Origin: Eledone cirrhosa | Lineage: Eukaryota | Direction of reading: 5' to 3' | NCBI GenBank assembly: GCA_964016885.1 | Contig: OZ024741.1 | Location: forward strand, 364,312,001 to 364,376,000 | Length of the DNA: 64,000 bases | Shown: positions 1 through 12,288 of the stretch, piece after piece | How positions within the stretch are numbered: the first letter of the stretch is position 1 | How the letters are laid out: the number at the start of each line of letters is the position of its first letter | Position numbers and translations under genes: made by a program | The notes under the pieces: model-generated | Told to the model about the DNA's origin: nothing | Databases searched by the model: none | What the model saw: the letters and a program-made list of their open reading frames with translations, nothing else

Positions 1-266
1 TTACGGGGTCAATAAAATAAAGTACCAGTAATGCACTGGGTAATTGCTGGCCTTGTGCCTAAAGTAGAAACAATTATGTTTAAATGCAGTATTAGTGCTA
101 TTGCCAATTATATATATATATATATATTACTCTGTCTGTTTGTCTCTCTTTGTATATTATTAATGTCAAATAGATTTTATACTAAACTTTTAGGGTCTAC
201 TGTGTGTATGTATATGCTTGAATATGTAAATTTTGGACAGATTTACTAACATTATTAATAGTCTCA

Positions 267-370
267 AATCCCGCCGAGGTTGACTTTGCCTTTCATCCTT
301 ACGGGGTCGATAAAATAAAGTACCAGTAATGAACTGGGTAATTGCTGGCCTTGTGCCTAAAGTAGAAACA
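267..370 (+). mobile_element. 5'-truncated SINE with 16-bp TSD; another partial copy at 1-78
   Basis: attattaatagtctca at 251-266 and 371-386. Confidence 0.85.
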
Positions 371-1284
371 ATTATTAATAGTCTCATTATTAAGATTGCA
401 TTTGTAAGATAACTTAACAAAAGTTTCTTATATTAAATAATGTTGGAAGGTTTTAATTTAAATGAGATCTCTATAAAATTAGTTGTTTTGCTGCATAGAT
501 CAACTGTTGGGCAATTTGATATCAAAATTTGAATTGATATTTAGATATGAAGAAAAGATGGAAATACTTCATTCTAATTTAGGACAATGTATTGATGCCT
601 TTCATAAGCCTGGCATTAAACCAATCATAACACACCATGGATCAAAGAGATAGATTAAGAATGATAAAGAACTGAAATGACAAGTAAGGACATAAGATGT
701 TCCATGGTAACAGAACTGATGTTCTTTTAGATTATTATTCTTTTACTGATTTCAGTCATTAGATTGCAGCCATGATGAAGTACCACCTTGAAGGGATTTT
801 ATTTAGTCAATCACATCGACCCCAGTACTTTTATTTTTCAATCCTTTAACAATTTTACAAATTCACTACCTTTGGAGTACTACCTTATTTATCAACCCCT
901 AAAGGATGAAAGGTAAAATTGACATTGGTGGGATTTTAACCTATAGTGTTGTGATCCAGTAGAAATCCCATACCATTTAACCCAATGCCCTTATGACCCT
1001 GCCAATTTGCTGCCTTAGAAAGAGTACAAAATAAAACAAGTGATTGAAAGACTAAGAATAGGGTCAGCGAGAGTTTGTCAGGCAGGCAATATAAATATAG
1101 TTAATTAATTCAAACATGAAAAATAGATCAAAGAGCACTGATCTTTATGATCCAATATAATAATAATATGCTATCGATGTGTATTTTGATATATTTATAT
1201 TTTTGGTCTGTAACTTTGTGATATGACACCATTTTATTTGTCTTCATTTATACCCAACTCCTATGTAATCATGTACATATATGC

Positions 1285-1324
<40 letters not shown>

Positions 1325-2226
1325 ATACACACACACACAAACACACACATACATACATATATATCTGCATACACATACATATATATTCAAGCATATACAT
1401 GCTGTGTATCTCATTATAGACATGGTAACAAAAGGGTAATAAATTTACTTTCCAGATCCGTAGATAAGTTCCTTGCAAATATCAGCTAACATTCTTGCTT
1501 CAGATACTCTTTATTATTTTTAAGCTAAATCTTATGTTTTACATGGTTGAGGAATTTAACAGCTCATTCCCCCTCCCCACAAAGAAAAACACACAATAAA
1601 TAAAAGAAAAAGAAATGCACACAAAAATAGAAAATTACATTAATTCTAGATTCTAGCAAGTTTAAATGAAAACCTCGAGAAATATAGCCTCAATCACGTT
1701 TGTTTTAGTATATTTTATTTAATTATCAGAATGATCAAATGATTATACTTGGTAAGCCAAACATAGAGGTTGGAGAATGCAGCAATACTAAAGGGAACTG
1801 GCCACTCATACTGATGTTAAGGTACTGTTCTCAAAATAAATGACATCAAAATCTCATAGATTCGATATTATGTGAGATAATTATGTGAGGTAAAGATTTT
1901 ACCATGAAAATACAATAATATATATAGAATAATGTAAATGCTAAAGGGTTAAGAGATTTAGCATAAGAGATAACAGTCTGTCACAGAGTTAACACTCAGC
2001 TACTGCTGGTACTCATTTTCTTTTTCCAACTGAGTGGACTAGAGCAAATGTCTTGCTCTATGACACAACACCCTGGTGTTCAGGGAATCAAACCAATTAT
2101 GAGTGCAACACTAGGCCATGCAGATCACTTATTTGTTCTATGAAAAAATCTGGTAATGTCAGGTGATATATGATCAAAGGCATTGTAGCTGTGTTCATCT
2201 TGTCATTTTGAAGATCTGATAGCATT

Positions 2227-2620
2227 TGGCAGTATCGGTACAGAGTCAGACGCCATGCTTTCCAGCACAGTTACGTCCCTTTACAGACTGAGTTCAAATC
2301 CCGCCGAGGTTAACTTTGCCTTTCATCCTTTCAGGGTCGATAAAATAAAGTACCAGTAATGTACTGGGTAATTGCTGGCCTTGTGCCAAAAGTAGAAACA
2401 ATTATATATAAGGGTAGTATTAGTACAGCGTCAGACACCATACTTTGCAGCATAGAGTTATGGCCCTTTACATTCTGAGTTCAAATCCCGGCGAGGTTAA
2501 CTTTGCCTTTTATGCTTACAGGATCGATAAAATAAAGCACCCGTAATGCACTGGGGTTGATTTAATTGACTTTCCCCTCCCCCAAATTTCTGGCCTTGTG
2601 CCTATAATAGAAACCATTAT
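2227..2620 (+). mobile_element. Two head-to-tail tRNA-derived SINEs
   Basis: A-box-like TGGCAGTATCGG, B-box GAGTTCAAATCC, body GCCTTTCATCCTT..GGGTCGATAAAATAAAGTACCAG, tail GGCCTTGTGCC..AAGTAGAAACAATTAT. Confidence 0.85.
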
Positions 2621-3023
2621 ATATATATCAGAGTATGTTCTTTAGTCTCAGGTGGGGCTGAACATCCAACCATGTGGCTGTGAAGCAAACTCCTTAACCT
2701 CACAGCAGTGCCTGCAGATAGACAGAATTTGTTTTTTCATTAATTTCATTCACTATTGATTATTGTTTGGCAAATATTTTTTAAATTGGCTAAAAATATT
2801 TGCCCTCATTAAAAATGTCAAGTTGTTTGCTTTCAATGATTTTTTTTTTTCCTGACATTTAAAGAGATGGCTCATGTATTGATAAAGATCTACACGACAA
2901 TATTGTATACATTTGTCCTGACCAAGTTTCCCAATTTAACTCTTAACATTCCATACTGCATGAAACCACATTAGTAAGATATTCTTGAAAAATACAAAAC
3001 AGTACTATGACTGTATCATATCA

Positions 3024-3420
3024 AATCTTGCTATATTGAAGTGAAACATGGGCGCTTTCATCCAAACAACAAAAGTACCTTCATGGCACTTACACTCATC
3101 TGCTTCAACGCATTCAGAACATAAGCTGACGACATCTGACTTTGAAAGAAATATATGGCTGCCTCCCATGCATATATGTCATTGTACGTAAAAGGAGAGT
3201 AAGATTTGCTGGCCACTGCCATCGTGCCACCTATGAGGCTGTGTCCCCGTTAGTGCTTTGGCAACCACAAGCAGTCACTAATGACAGGAGGCAAAAGCTC
3301 TCCTATCGCAATGTCATCTCCAGAGATTTTGGTATTGAAATCCGGGACTTGGCAACAGCAATGAACAACAGACCCACATGTTGAGTCGATTTCGGCTGAG
3401 GCCGCTGGATGATGATGATC
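3024..3420 (+). mobile_element. 3' fragment of a second RTE-group LINE (RTE-X-like) with (GAT)n tail
   Basis: ILLY*SETW...KEIYGCLP...RRVRFAGHCHR...LVLWQP; interrupts a repeat whose uninterrupted copy is at about 27306-27529. Confidence 0.8.
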
Positions 3421-4376
3421 ACATGAAAAATTAAATTCTTTACTCCATTGCCAGTTTTCACAATGATCTGTTCACTAGTAAAGTACTATAAACATTTGAA
3501 TTAACAAACCCATTTTAAGATATTTTCAGCTAAATCATTACAGCATGCTAAAAGTTAATGTTTTGATTTAATCAAGTAAGACAGTCATTCATTTAATCCT
3601 TAAGAATTTACATTACTCTATATATTTACTATTATATTTTCATGGTAAACACTTTATCTCACATAATATCGAATCTACGAGATTTTTATATTATTTATTT
3701 TGAGAACAATACTTTAACATAAGTATGAACAGCCAGTTATGGTCAGTTTGAACAGAAAGAGGTGAGAGAATTCTGGTTGGATACAGCCGGTTTAAATGCT
3801 AAAGGGTTAATGAAGTGGGATACTCATTGGAATTTGGTATCTTTATGTTCTGAGTTCGAATCCAGCTAAGATCAACAATGGAGATCCTGTATAGAACAAA
3901 ATGTTTTAAAACGTTAGAATTTCTGTATATGCAATGACTACTAAGTATCAACCAGATACTTAGGGCAGGTAGTGTTGGTTTTTACAGTTTTCAATAGCTT
4001 TGTTTTTATTGTTTCGTCCTCATGTTCACTTAACAAGTCACATCACAAAAGATCAACATTGTAAATGTCTAGCATCCCAGGCCTGTGAACCAGCTCTCAC
4101 TTTACTGTTATTGAGATTGATCTGGCCATCCATAAGAATGAACCCTGTAAGTTGGAATGGCCCTTTCAGTGCACCTCCCTTGCTATCCTCCAGGATAGCA
4201 CCTTTTCATTTCTATCTGCTGGAACCATGAGGTGGCATATGCCTGGGGTTTTGCGCATTGGAGAGACGGAATGGGAGGATGAGGGAGGAACATGACAACT
4301 TTTTATGGGCTGGTTTGTACAGTTTCCATAGGTCACTAAATACTCATATACATGCTTACACACACACACACACACA

Positions 4377-4544
4377 CACTCACTAACAGACAGACAGACA
4401 CACACATATTGATACATATACAAATGTAATGAATACATTTTTCTGTGAACACTTTACACACACACTCACTAACAGACAGACACACACACACATATTGATA
4501 CATATACAAATGTAATGAATACATTTTTCTGTGAACACTTTACA
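4377..4544. repeat. Tandem duplication of ~86 bp anchored in (CA)n
   Basis: cactcactaacagacagac...gtgaacactttaca occurs twice. Confidence 0.9.
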
Positions 4545-4550
4545 ACTTAA

Positions 4551-4771
4551 CCCTTTAGCATTTACATTACTTTATATATACTATTGTATTTTTGTAGTAA
4601 AGGCTTTATCTTACATAATTATCTCACATAATATTGAATCTATGAGATTTTGATATTGTATATCTTTAGAACACTACCTTAACGTCAGTATGAGCAGCCA
4701 GCTATGACTGGTTTGAACAGAAAGAATTGAGAGAATTCTGGTAGGATATGACCAGTTTAAATGCTGAAGGG
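4551..4771. mobile_element. piggyBac-like MITE family 1; other copies at 3597-3806, 42591-42784 (opposite orientation) and partial ~1797-1948
   Basis: TTAA|CCCTTTAGCATTTA...TAAATGCTGAAGGG|TTAA. Confidence 0.85.
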
Positions 4772-5666
4772 TTAAACAAGAATGAAATTAAATCTACATG
4801 AAGAAAAAGGATAAAGATCCTCCATGCTTTTCACATTAGTCCTGTTATAGCATCTTAAAAGTACTTTCATTTGTAAACTTTACATTTAATAAAAAGGAGG
4901 TTGATGTTTAATTAGAATTTGGTGGATATTTTTAATTATTAAAGAAATTTTACTGCTCTATTTCATTAATTTGTTGTTCTCATTAAATGGCAATTAAAAT
5001 GCTTTATGTTAGTGTTCAAGCCAGAGCATTGAAATGATATTTTTGGTATTTATTCATTTTAGCAGGGATTTTTAAAAGCTCCCTCTAACTTTTTTTATTC
5101 TGTCAATTTTATTTTATGATTGCATTCTAATGCCTGAAAACAGTAACGGAACATAAGCCAGGCAAAATATTACAATACATTACAAAACCAAGACAAAATA
5201 GAAAACAACAAAAACTATTATTTGTCAGGCATTGTTTAATAAAGTACTAAAGTTTTAGTAGTATAGTTTATATGAAGCATTGTGAAATATTTATTTAGGA
5301 TTGTTTTGGGAAAGCCAGTACATTTGAAGTTTGAAATAAAGGAATGAAAACTAGAGTAAAATAAGACAAACAGATTTTGCCTTATACTTCATGATATTTC
5401 AGGGTTAGGACCTCTTTTCTAAAAGAAAGGGGACGGAATGTGATAGAGATAACAAGTGGAAGGAAACAGAGATAACAAGCAGAGTTTTAGCATTGTATTT
5501 CTTTTATTGTTGAAAGTTGGAAATTTCTCAGTGAATTGAGTTTGTGACTTTGAGTTTTGATTTCTGGTTGAACCATCACATTTGAGGATGGGCATGAACA
5601 AAGCAATTCAACTTTGCCCTCATAAAACTTTTCAGGTCTAATGTCTTTGTGAGAAATGATATTTAA

Positions 5667-5920
5667 CCCTTCTAATACCAAACAACTAGTAACTGTTCAT
5701 GGTTCTTTGATACAGAGCTTTTTGTTTTAAAATGTTCATATTTAGATTCAAACTTTCCATCAAAATTTTATGTAAGTATTGTTGTAAAGTTATGATTCAA
5801 ACACCAGCTTAAAAATGATAAAGTTAGTTATAGCTAAATCCTTACAAATTCTTGGTTATTTAAAAAATTAATTAAAAATCATAGATAGTGTCATTCATTA
5901 GAAATATGGTAATGAAAAGG
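5667..5920. mobile_element. piggyBac-like MITE family 2; related copies at about 15900-16109, 47965-48200, 50189-50666 (SINE nested) and fragments near 10680-10824, 19090-19240, 26560-26780, 49570-49733, 59185-59273
   Basis: TTAA|CCCTT..ATACCAAAC...GGTAATGAAAAGG|TTAA with shared internal sequence. Confidence 0.7.
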
Positions 5921-7968
5921 TTAATTTCTTTTCTAAACCAGATGCAAATGTTTCTTTAGCATGCTGATTCATCATAATTCTATTCTGGATACTATTCCAA
6001 GGATAGTTGTATTTTTCAAATATTTTTATCTTAATTAAGATAGAAGTTGAATTAGAAATTGGTTCAAATGAAAGATTTTTCAAGTAGAGAAATAAATAAA
6101 GAAAAATTTAAATGTTTTTAATTTCAAACTAATTATAATTAGTAAAATGTTTTAAAAAAAATCATGAAGATATTCTAGTTATTAGAATTCCACTCAAAAC
6201 AGACTGGATCTCTCCAGTTAAGAGAATAATTTTGATTTGTAATCATTCTAGACTACTTAACACAATATCCCAGCAGTTTATAACAAATTTTCACGTTTGA
6301 AGTCTTGTATATTTATATTTTTCAAAATTTTCCTTTTATATTTTATTTTATTTCATGCTCTTGTTTTATAGTTTTCTCTGATAAAACGTCCATATTTGTT
6401 ATGTAGCTTTTTGTCAGATTTAATTCCTAATCCCTTCCATTGTGAGAATACTGCTTCAGCCCTTAGATTCTCTGGTCTCCATAAGGTTAGTACTGTGGTG
6501 AGTGGTTTTGTGGTAAATTGCTCTGTAGTTGTTTCTAGATCATTATCACGGTTTTTACATACAATTTTCCATGCTTGCTTGGATTAAGTGAGTCCCTTCA
6601 GTATAGTATCTCTCAACTTATTTTTTTCTTTAACTTATTTGTGAGGTTTAGTTTCTTGTCACCAGCTTTCACTACATATGCTCACATCTTTCTTGGGCTT
6701 CCCCTTTCCTGGCTTCCTTCATATGCAAATACATTATTAACATAGCATAGCTGCTTCACCAGAACAATTAGGAGTAATGTTACAGCCTTAGGTTTTATGA
6801 ATAATTGAACAAATTTACTAACCATTTCTCCTCAGAGTGGGCATTCATATGCCCACAAAATGAATAGTTAAAAGAAACCTAACTGTGGTTTGCATTGACT
6901 CAGCATGTTGCCTAGTCTTCAACACAAAGAACAAAGTAAAACGACAGGTCAAGTTGGTGCATCATACACCCAACTACAAGCTGATATCAATATATGAGGC
7001 AGCAAAATATGTAGAACAGAGCCACGTTTATTGACAGTGACATTGATGCTTGGTTCTTCATCATCATTGTGGCACCATACACGCACTTGGTAACAAGATG
7101 TGGTCTGCCAGTAATTATGGATGTTCATGTCTTGATGACCCTCAGTGACCCCAAAAGCATTTCAGAGCTCTACCTCTTTGTAGTTGCAGAAAGAGAAGCA
7201 ATTAGATTGGTGAGGTAAAATCAGAAGAACCGGTTGCTATATGTATGACAGTAAGAACCACCTGAGAGCTTTCATAGCTATTTGAAGTTGGACTTGAAAG
7301 AATCTTGTCATGTCACCAGACAAGTATAAAACAGGACCAATTTTAGAATAAATATGTCCATATTGATTCTGAAATTAGTCAAGTTTTACACCTGTCAGAA
7401 AATGTGATAAAATTCTTTTCAGTACAGCTGCAAATAGTTATGCAATTTTCATTGTGCAAATCATTATATAATACTGCAGTTGCAAGCAAGGATTTTAAAG
7501 AAATGTCTGTTATGTAATAAACAGATGTTATTCTGAACTCTTCAACTTTTGCTTTTATTGTACTCTGTGATTGTATCTTCCAGTTCATTATATAAAATGA
7601 TTTACTGGATTTACAGTATTAATGGAATATATATGAATATTCTTTGGGTTACACTATATTTTATCTCATAAACCAGGTGATCGTATTGAATGTTTAATGT
7701 GGTTTGCACCCAGATTCTTTAAATATTTTCAAAACCTAACTATGCACACATGCTCACACACACACACACACACACACAGATAGCCAATATTTAGAAAAAT
7801 CTAAGTTTATATTTTAAATGGATATCTATATAAATGAATAATTTTCACATCTCACCAGTTTACTTTTGTATTGTAACAGTTGGTATGGGGATGTGGTATT
7901 ATGTTTAATTAAAAAAGGGGAGTTATTGTCCCTGTCCTGGTTATACTTTCATGAAACTCTGAAAAACT

Positions 7969-9450
7969 ATGAAAAAGGGCGACCGCACGTCACCTGTCAA
8001 CTATCGTCCAGTCAGTCTTACTAGCTGTATTGCCAAACTGATGGAATCCTGTGTCAGAGAAACACTTTGGAACTTCTGGAGCTCTTACAGCCTCATCCGG
8101 CCCTCGCAGTTTGGATTTATCCCTAACTCCAGCTGCTGTGATCAGCTTATCGAGTTCCTTGAAGACATTACCCGGATCACTGACAGCGGCTCATGGGTGG
8201 ATGTTGTTTACCTTGACTTCGCTAAGGCTTTTAATTCTGTGCCACACAAAAGACTTATGGCAAAACTCTCTGCAATGGGTGTGAGGGCTGATCTTTTTAA
8301 CTGGTTGAAATCCTTCATTCTCAGCCGAAAAGAGGTAGTCACGGTTCTAGGACAGCATTCTTCACCATATGAGATATCATCTGGTGTACCACAGGGATCT
8401 GTTCTTGGTCCCCTTTTGTTTGTGGCATATATTAATGACATAGATGCCAACTTAAAGAATGCCACGGTACTGAAATATGCAGATGACATCAAGCTGTACC
8501 TTGAAATCAAAAGGACTGATCCTGAAATCTACAACTCTTTCCTACAATCAGACCTGGACACAATGCAGCAATGGATCACAGACTGGCAACTGAAGCTGGC
8601 TGTGGACAAGTGTACCACCATGCATTTTAGGAGGAAAAATCCAGCATCCACATACTCCCTCCACAACACTGATATTAAGAAGTCCTCTTGTGAACGTGAC
8701 CTGGGCATTACTGTCAGCAGCGATTTGCATTGGACAAAGCATGTCTCTAAGATTATCAAGAAGGCCGAGGGTGTCTTGGCATCACTCAGCAAGACCTTTG
8801 TTAGCCGCTCTCCAGCCATCTATTTAAAGCTGTATACAGCTATGGTACGACCACACTTGGAATTCGCATCATCAGTCTGGAACCCCTATCTTGCTCAGAA
8901 CATTGACCTCTTGGAAACTGTTCAGAGAGGTGCAACCAAGCGCATACCCTCCATCAGACACCTACCATACTCTGAACGCCTTGCTTCCCTGGGCATGGAT
9001 TCATTGAAGCTCCGACGTCTGGCAATGGACTTGGTAAACACCCACAAAGTTATTAACCATCTCGCCAACAACAACCCTGAGCACCTTTTTGATCTCCATT
9101 TGTCTAACACACGTGGACATGCCTACAAAATCAGAAAACAGCACAGCTCCCATGACTTTCGGAAACATTTCTTCACGCTCAGAATTGCTGAAGCATGGAA
9201 CAAACTGCCTGCGTCAGTTGTTAGCTGCCGAGACACAGCATCCTTTAAAACCCTCATGCTTCCCAAAATTCGCCAAAACTACACCTGATGAACCCCTTCC
9301 ATACACATGCACACATGTGTATATCATGACTCATGCACTGTTCATTTTCCTGACATTTGTGCATTACCTATACATACACTTTTTGATGAGTTGTAGTGCA
9401 CCTGAGCACTGTACACAATATTTCATTATTATTATTATTATTATTATTAT
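7969..9450 (+). mobile_element. 5'-truncated CR1-group LINE (RT and C-terminal part of ORF2) with 3' UTR and (ATT)n tail
   Basis: Uninterrupted 439-aa ORF 7969-9288 with NYRPVSLTS, YLDFAKAF, GVPQGSVLGP, YADD, RPHLEFASSVWNP, TRGH, WNKLP; no endonuclease; (ATT)n tail at about 9425-9450; approximate TSD tatgaaRaa. Confidence 0.93.
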
Positions 9451-9875
9451 ATGAAGAAATGCTACTTTTACTAATTTCTTTGAAAATAATAAATTGTTTT
9501 GTTTTTAGTCTATGAGAAATGATTTTATAGTATAGAAACAGTTGTCAGGATCAAGCTATAAGTATAATTTCAATCCTTCCATTTTTTGTACTATATATAT
9601 TGGCAGCAGAGTCATTAGAATATCGGATAGAATGCTTCATCGTAATCGTTCTGGCTCTCTGCTATCTGAGTTCAAATCCTGTCGAGGTCAACTTTGCCTT
9701 TCATCCTTTCGAACTAGGTAAAAAAAGTACCAGTCTAGGGTGGATTCTTCCTGTCTCTGGAAGAAATCTGCTGTACTCAGGCCTGGAGAGGGATGGGCTC
9801 CACCAGGTTTAAAATACCCAAGAGATGTTGTATGTCAATACAGCACATCTATGACGCTATCAGGAGTTATGGGAT

Positions 9876-9909
<34 letters not shown>

Positions 9910-10343
9910 AAGATGGGATCATTCAAACCAGCAAACATGGGGTTGCAACAATACAATAACATAGGACAGAATGAGTCTTCTTTTTTTTCCTTTAAATACA
10001 CAAATAAAAGGTAAAATCGTGTATATATAACTAGGGGTGCTTCTAACTGAAAAAAAAAAAGGATGAAACAAGGCACAGTGTGCAACAAGACCACGAGGAA
10101 ATCAAGAGAGAGAAATAATAAATTTAGACTCTTTTAATTTTTTACTTATTTGAGTTATTTGACTGCACTGATGCTGGATCATTGTCTTGAAGAAATTTAG
10201 TATATCATATCGACCACAGTTCTTATTTTTCAAGTTTGGTACTTATACCATATATCTCTTTTTGTTGAATGGCTCAGTTATACTACTTATGATTTTCAAA
10301 TAATCTTTTAAATAATCAAGAAAATTGGAGGGATTTAGTTATA

Positions 10344-10671
10344 CAGTGGAACCTAGGTTCATGAATGCCTTTCATCACAAACAAGTTGGTTTATGAACAA
10401 TTTTTCCGAATATAAAACGTCTCGGGAGAGGAACGGTGTCTTGAGTGAACATTCAAGCTGGCAACAAGGGTTGACGACATGCTGGGAGTATCACCGGGAA
10501 AGTACCACTTGCTTTGTAGTTAGTTACTATAGTGATATCTATCTGTCTTTCACACTCTGTGTCTCTCTCTCACTATATTTCTCTCTCAACATTTCGTATG
10601 GGAAAAATAATTTTGGTTTACGGACATTTTGGGTGATGAATGAATTAAGTTTGTGAACTGAGGTTCCACTG
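10344..10671. mobile_element. Tc1/mariner-pogo (Tigger-like) MITE
   Basis: TA|CAGTGGAACCTaggttca...tgaactgAGGTTCCACTG|TA. Confidence 0.85.
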
Positions 10672-10803
10672 TATAACTAACTTTCTCATTATCAAGCTGG
10701 AGTTTTTAATGGTCTTTACATAAAATTGTGATGGAAGGTTTTTAGATAAATATAAACTCTTTAAAACAAACCGTTATGTATTGTAGCACTAAAGGCAGTT
10801 TCA

Positions 10804-11092
10804 GGCAGTTTGATAGGATAAGGGTTAACAAAAGGACTTCTTTATTATCCTGTGATAATAATGAGGATCATGTGTTCTATCTACATGATATAAGGCTTGG
10901 TATTGATAATCCAACAACTAGCACCTGAATATATTGAAAAACTCAGTGTGAAGGGCAGTTTATTATGATAAGGGTTAACAAAAGACCTCTCAGTAATCCT
11001 GTGATAATAATGAGGACTTTGTGTTCTGTCTGCATGATGTGAATCTTGGTATTGATAACCCAACAACAACTAACTGACGTTCCTTTAAGCCA
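10804..11092. repeat. Diverged tandem duplication with ~150-bp period
   Basis: ggcagttt..gataagggttaacaaaag...cctgtgataataatgagga...cttggtattgataa.ccaacaac occurs twice. Confidence 0.85.
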
Positions 11093-11485
11093 GTATTAAG
11101 CTAATTTAATAATTTTTTTCTTCACATAAAATTATGATGGAAGATTTCAAATAAAATATTAACACTTTAAAATGGTAAGTTTTGTATCAAAGCTTTGTAT
11201 CATAGAATTAAGTTGTTTTGGGTAACTTAATTACAAAAACACTCATTCTTGGAAAAGGAGAACATCATTTTTGATGTAATGATAAAAAATACAAGTACAG
11301 TAAAAAAAAAAGGCTAGTATTAAATTACTTAGTTTCACGAGATTAAATACATATGGATATGACACAATATACATATTTATTCATAGACCACACTGTATTG
11401 GTTTTCTTATGTTGGGTTATCAGTCTTGTATTATTAAGTAAATGAGTTGAATCAGACACAATCTTGTTTACATTATGATAAGCAG

Positions 11486-11601
11486 TTCTGTGTTCAAATC
11501 CTGCCGAGGTTAACTTTGCCTTTCATCCTTATGGGGTCAATAAAATAAAGTACCAGTAATGTACTGGGTAATTGCTGGCCTTGTGCCAAAATGTAGAAAC
11601 A
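11486..11601 (+). mobile_element. 5'-truncated SINE with 14-bp TSD
   Basis: attatgataagcag at 11472-11485 and 11602-11615. Confidence 0.85.
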
Positions 11602-11860
11602 ATTATGATAAGCAGCTTTCCTCTGCTAATGTTTGATAGCTTGGGAAAGTGAGAGTAAGGTGAATGGATGGTGAAACTAGTCGGTTTGATCCCTATTTCA
11701 TGCTGTTTTAGAAAAAAACAAAAAAAAACCCAGAAAAAGACAAACTTCTGTTATCTCACTGTGGAGCCTAATGTTACAGCGAGATAAAATACAGATGAAT
11801 ATGATGACTTATTATCATGATCATCATATTTGTGTGTGTGTATATAGATATATATAATTA

Positions 11861-11952
11861 ATAATTGTTTCTACTTTTTGGCACAAGGCCAGCAATTACC
11901 CAGTACATTACTGGTACTTTATTTTAATGACCCCGTAAGGATGAAAGGCAAA
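11861..11952 (-). mobile_element. 5'-truncated SINE, same family
   Basis: Reverse complement of the body and tail at 11515-11606. Confidence 0.85.
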
Positions 11953-12113
11953 TAATAAGTATGGACGAATTGTCAAATTTTCATTAAATTTAAGCTAACA
12001 GAAGTCTGATGAGCTTTTGATTCCAGAGTCGGACTCAATCAATAGAGATTGAACCTCACGTCACACGTGAATAAACTTAATGAAAATTTAACACCTTGTC
12101 CATACTTATTATT
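11951..12113. mobile_element. MITE with ~42-bp TIRs, superfamily unassigned
   Basis: aataataagtatggacgaattgtcaaattttcattaaattta versus the reverse complement of the right end aataataagtatggacaaggtgttaaattttcattaagttta. Confidence 0.75.
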
Positions 12114-12114
12114 A

Positions 12115-12288
12115 AGTATCGGTAGAGTCGGACACCATGCTTTGAAGCATAGAGTTACGTCCCTTTATGATCTGAGTTCAAATCCCGCTGAGGTTAACTT
12201 TGCCTTTCATCCTTACGGGGTCGATAAAATAAAGTACCAGTAATGTACTGGATAATTGCTGGCCTTGTGCCTAATATAGAAACAATTA
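12115..12288 (+). mobile_element. Near full-length SINE; further diverged copies at about 9601-9742, 22121-22333, 50336-50524 (+) and 880-1015, 39395-39530, 43195-43320, 52660-52785 (-)
   Basis: B-box GAGTTCAAATCC plus the shared body and tail. Confidence 0.8.

Noticed and set aside
2227-2310. A/B boxes suggesting tRNA genes
   Set aside because: No cloverleaf or poly-T terminator; continues into SINE body, and related copies have TSDs.
3126-3160. CTGACGA...GAAA
   Set aside because: Lies inside RTE coding sequence and has no paired stems II or I.
8051-9110. Alternate-frame and antisense ORFs over the CR1 and RTE copies (also 40142, 40583, 53514, 55045)
   Set aside because: Shadows of LINE coding sequence.
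12001-12060. CTGATGA followed by a hairpin inside the MITE
   Set aside because: No correctly placed GAAA, stem III or stem I, so not a hammerhead.
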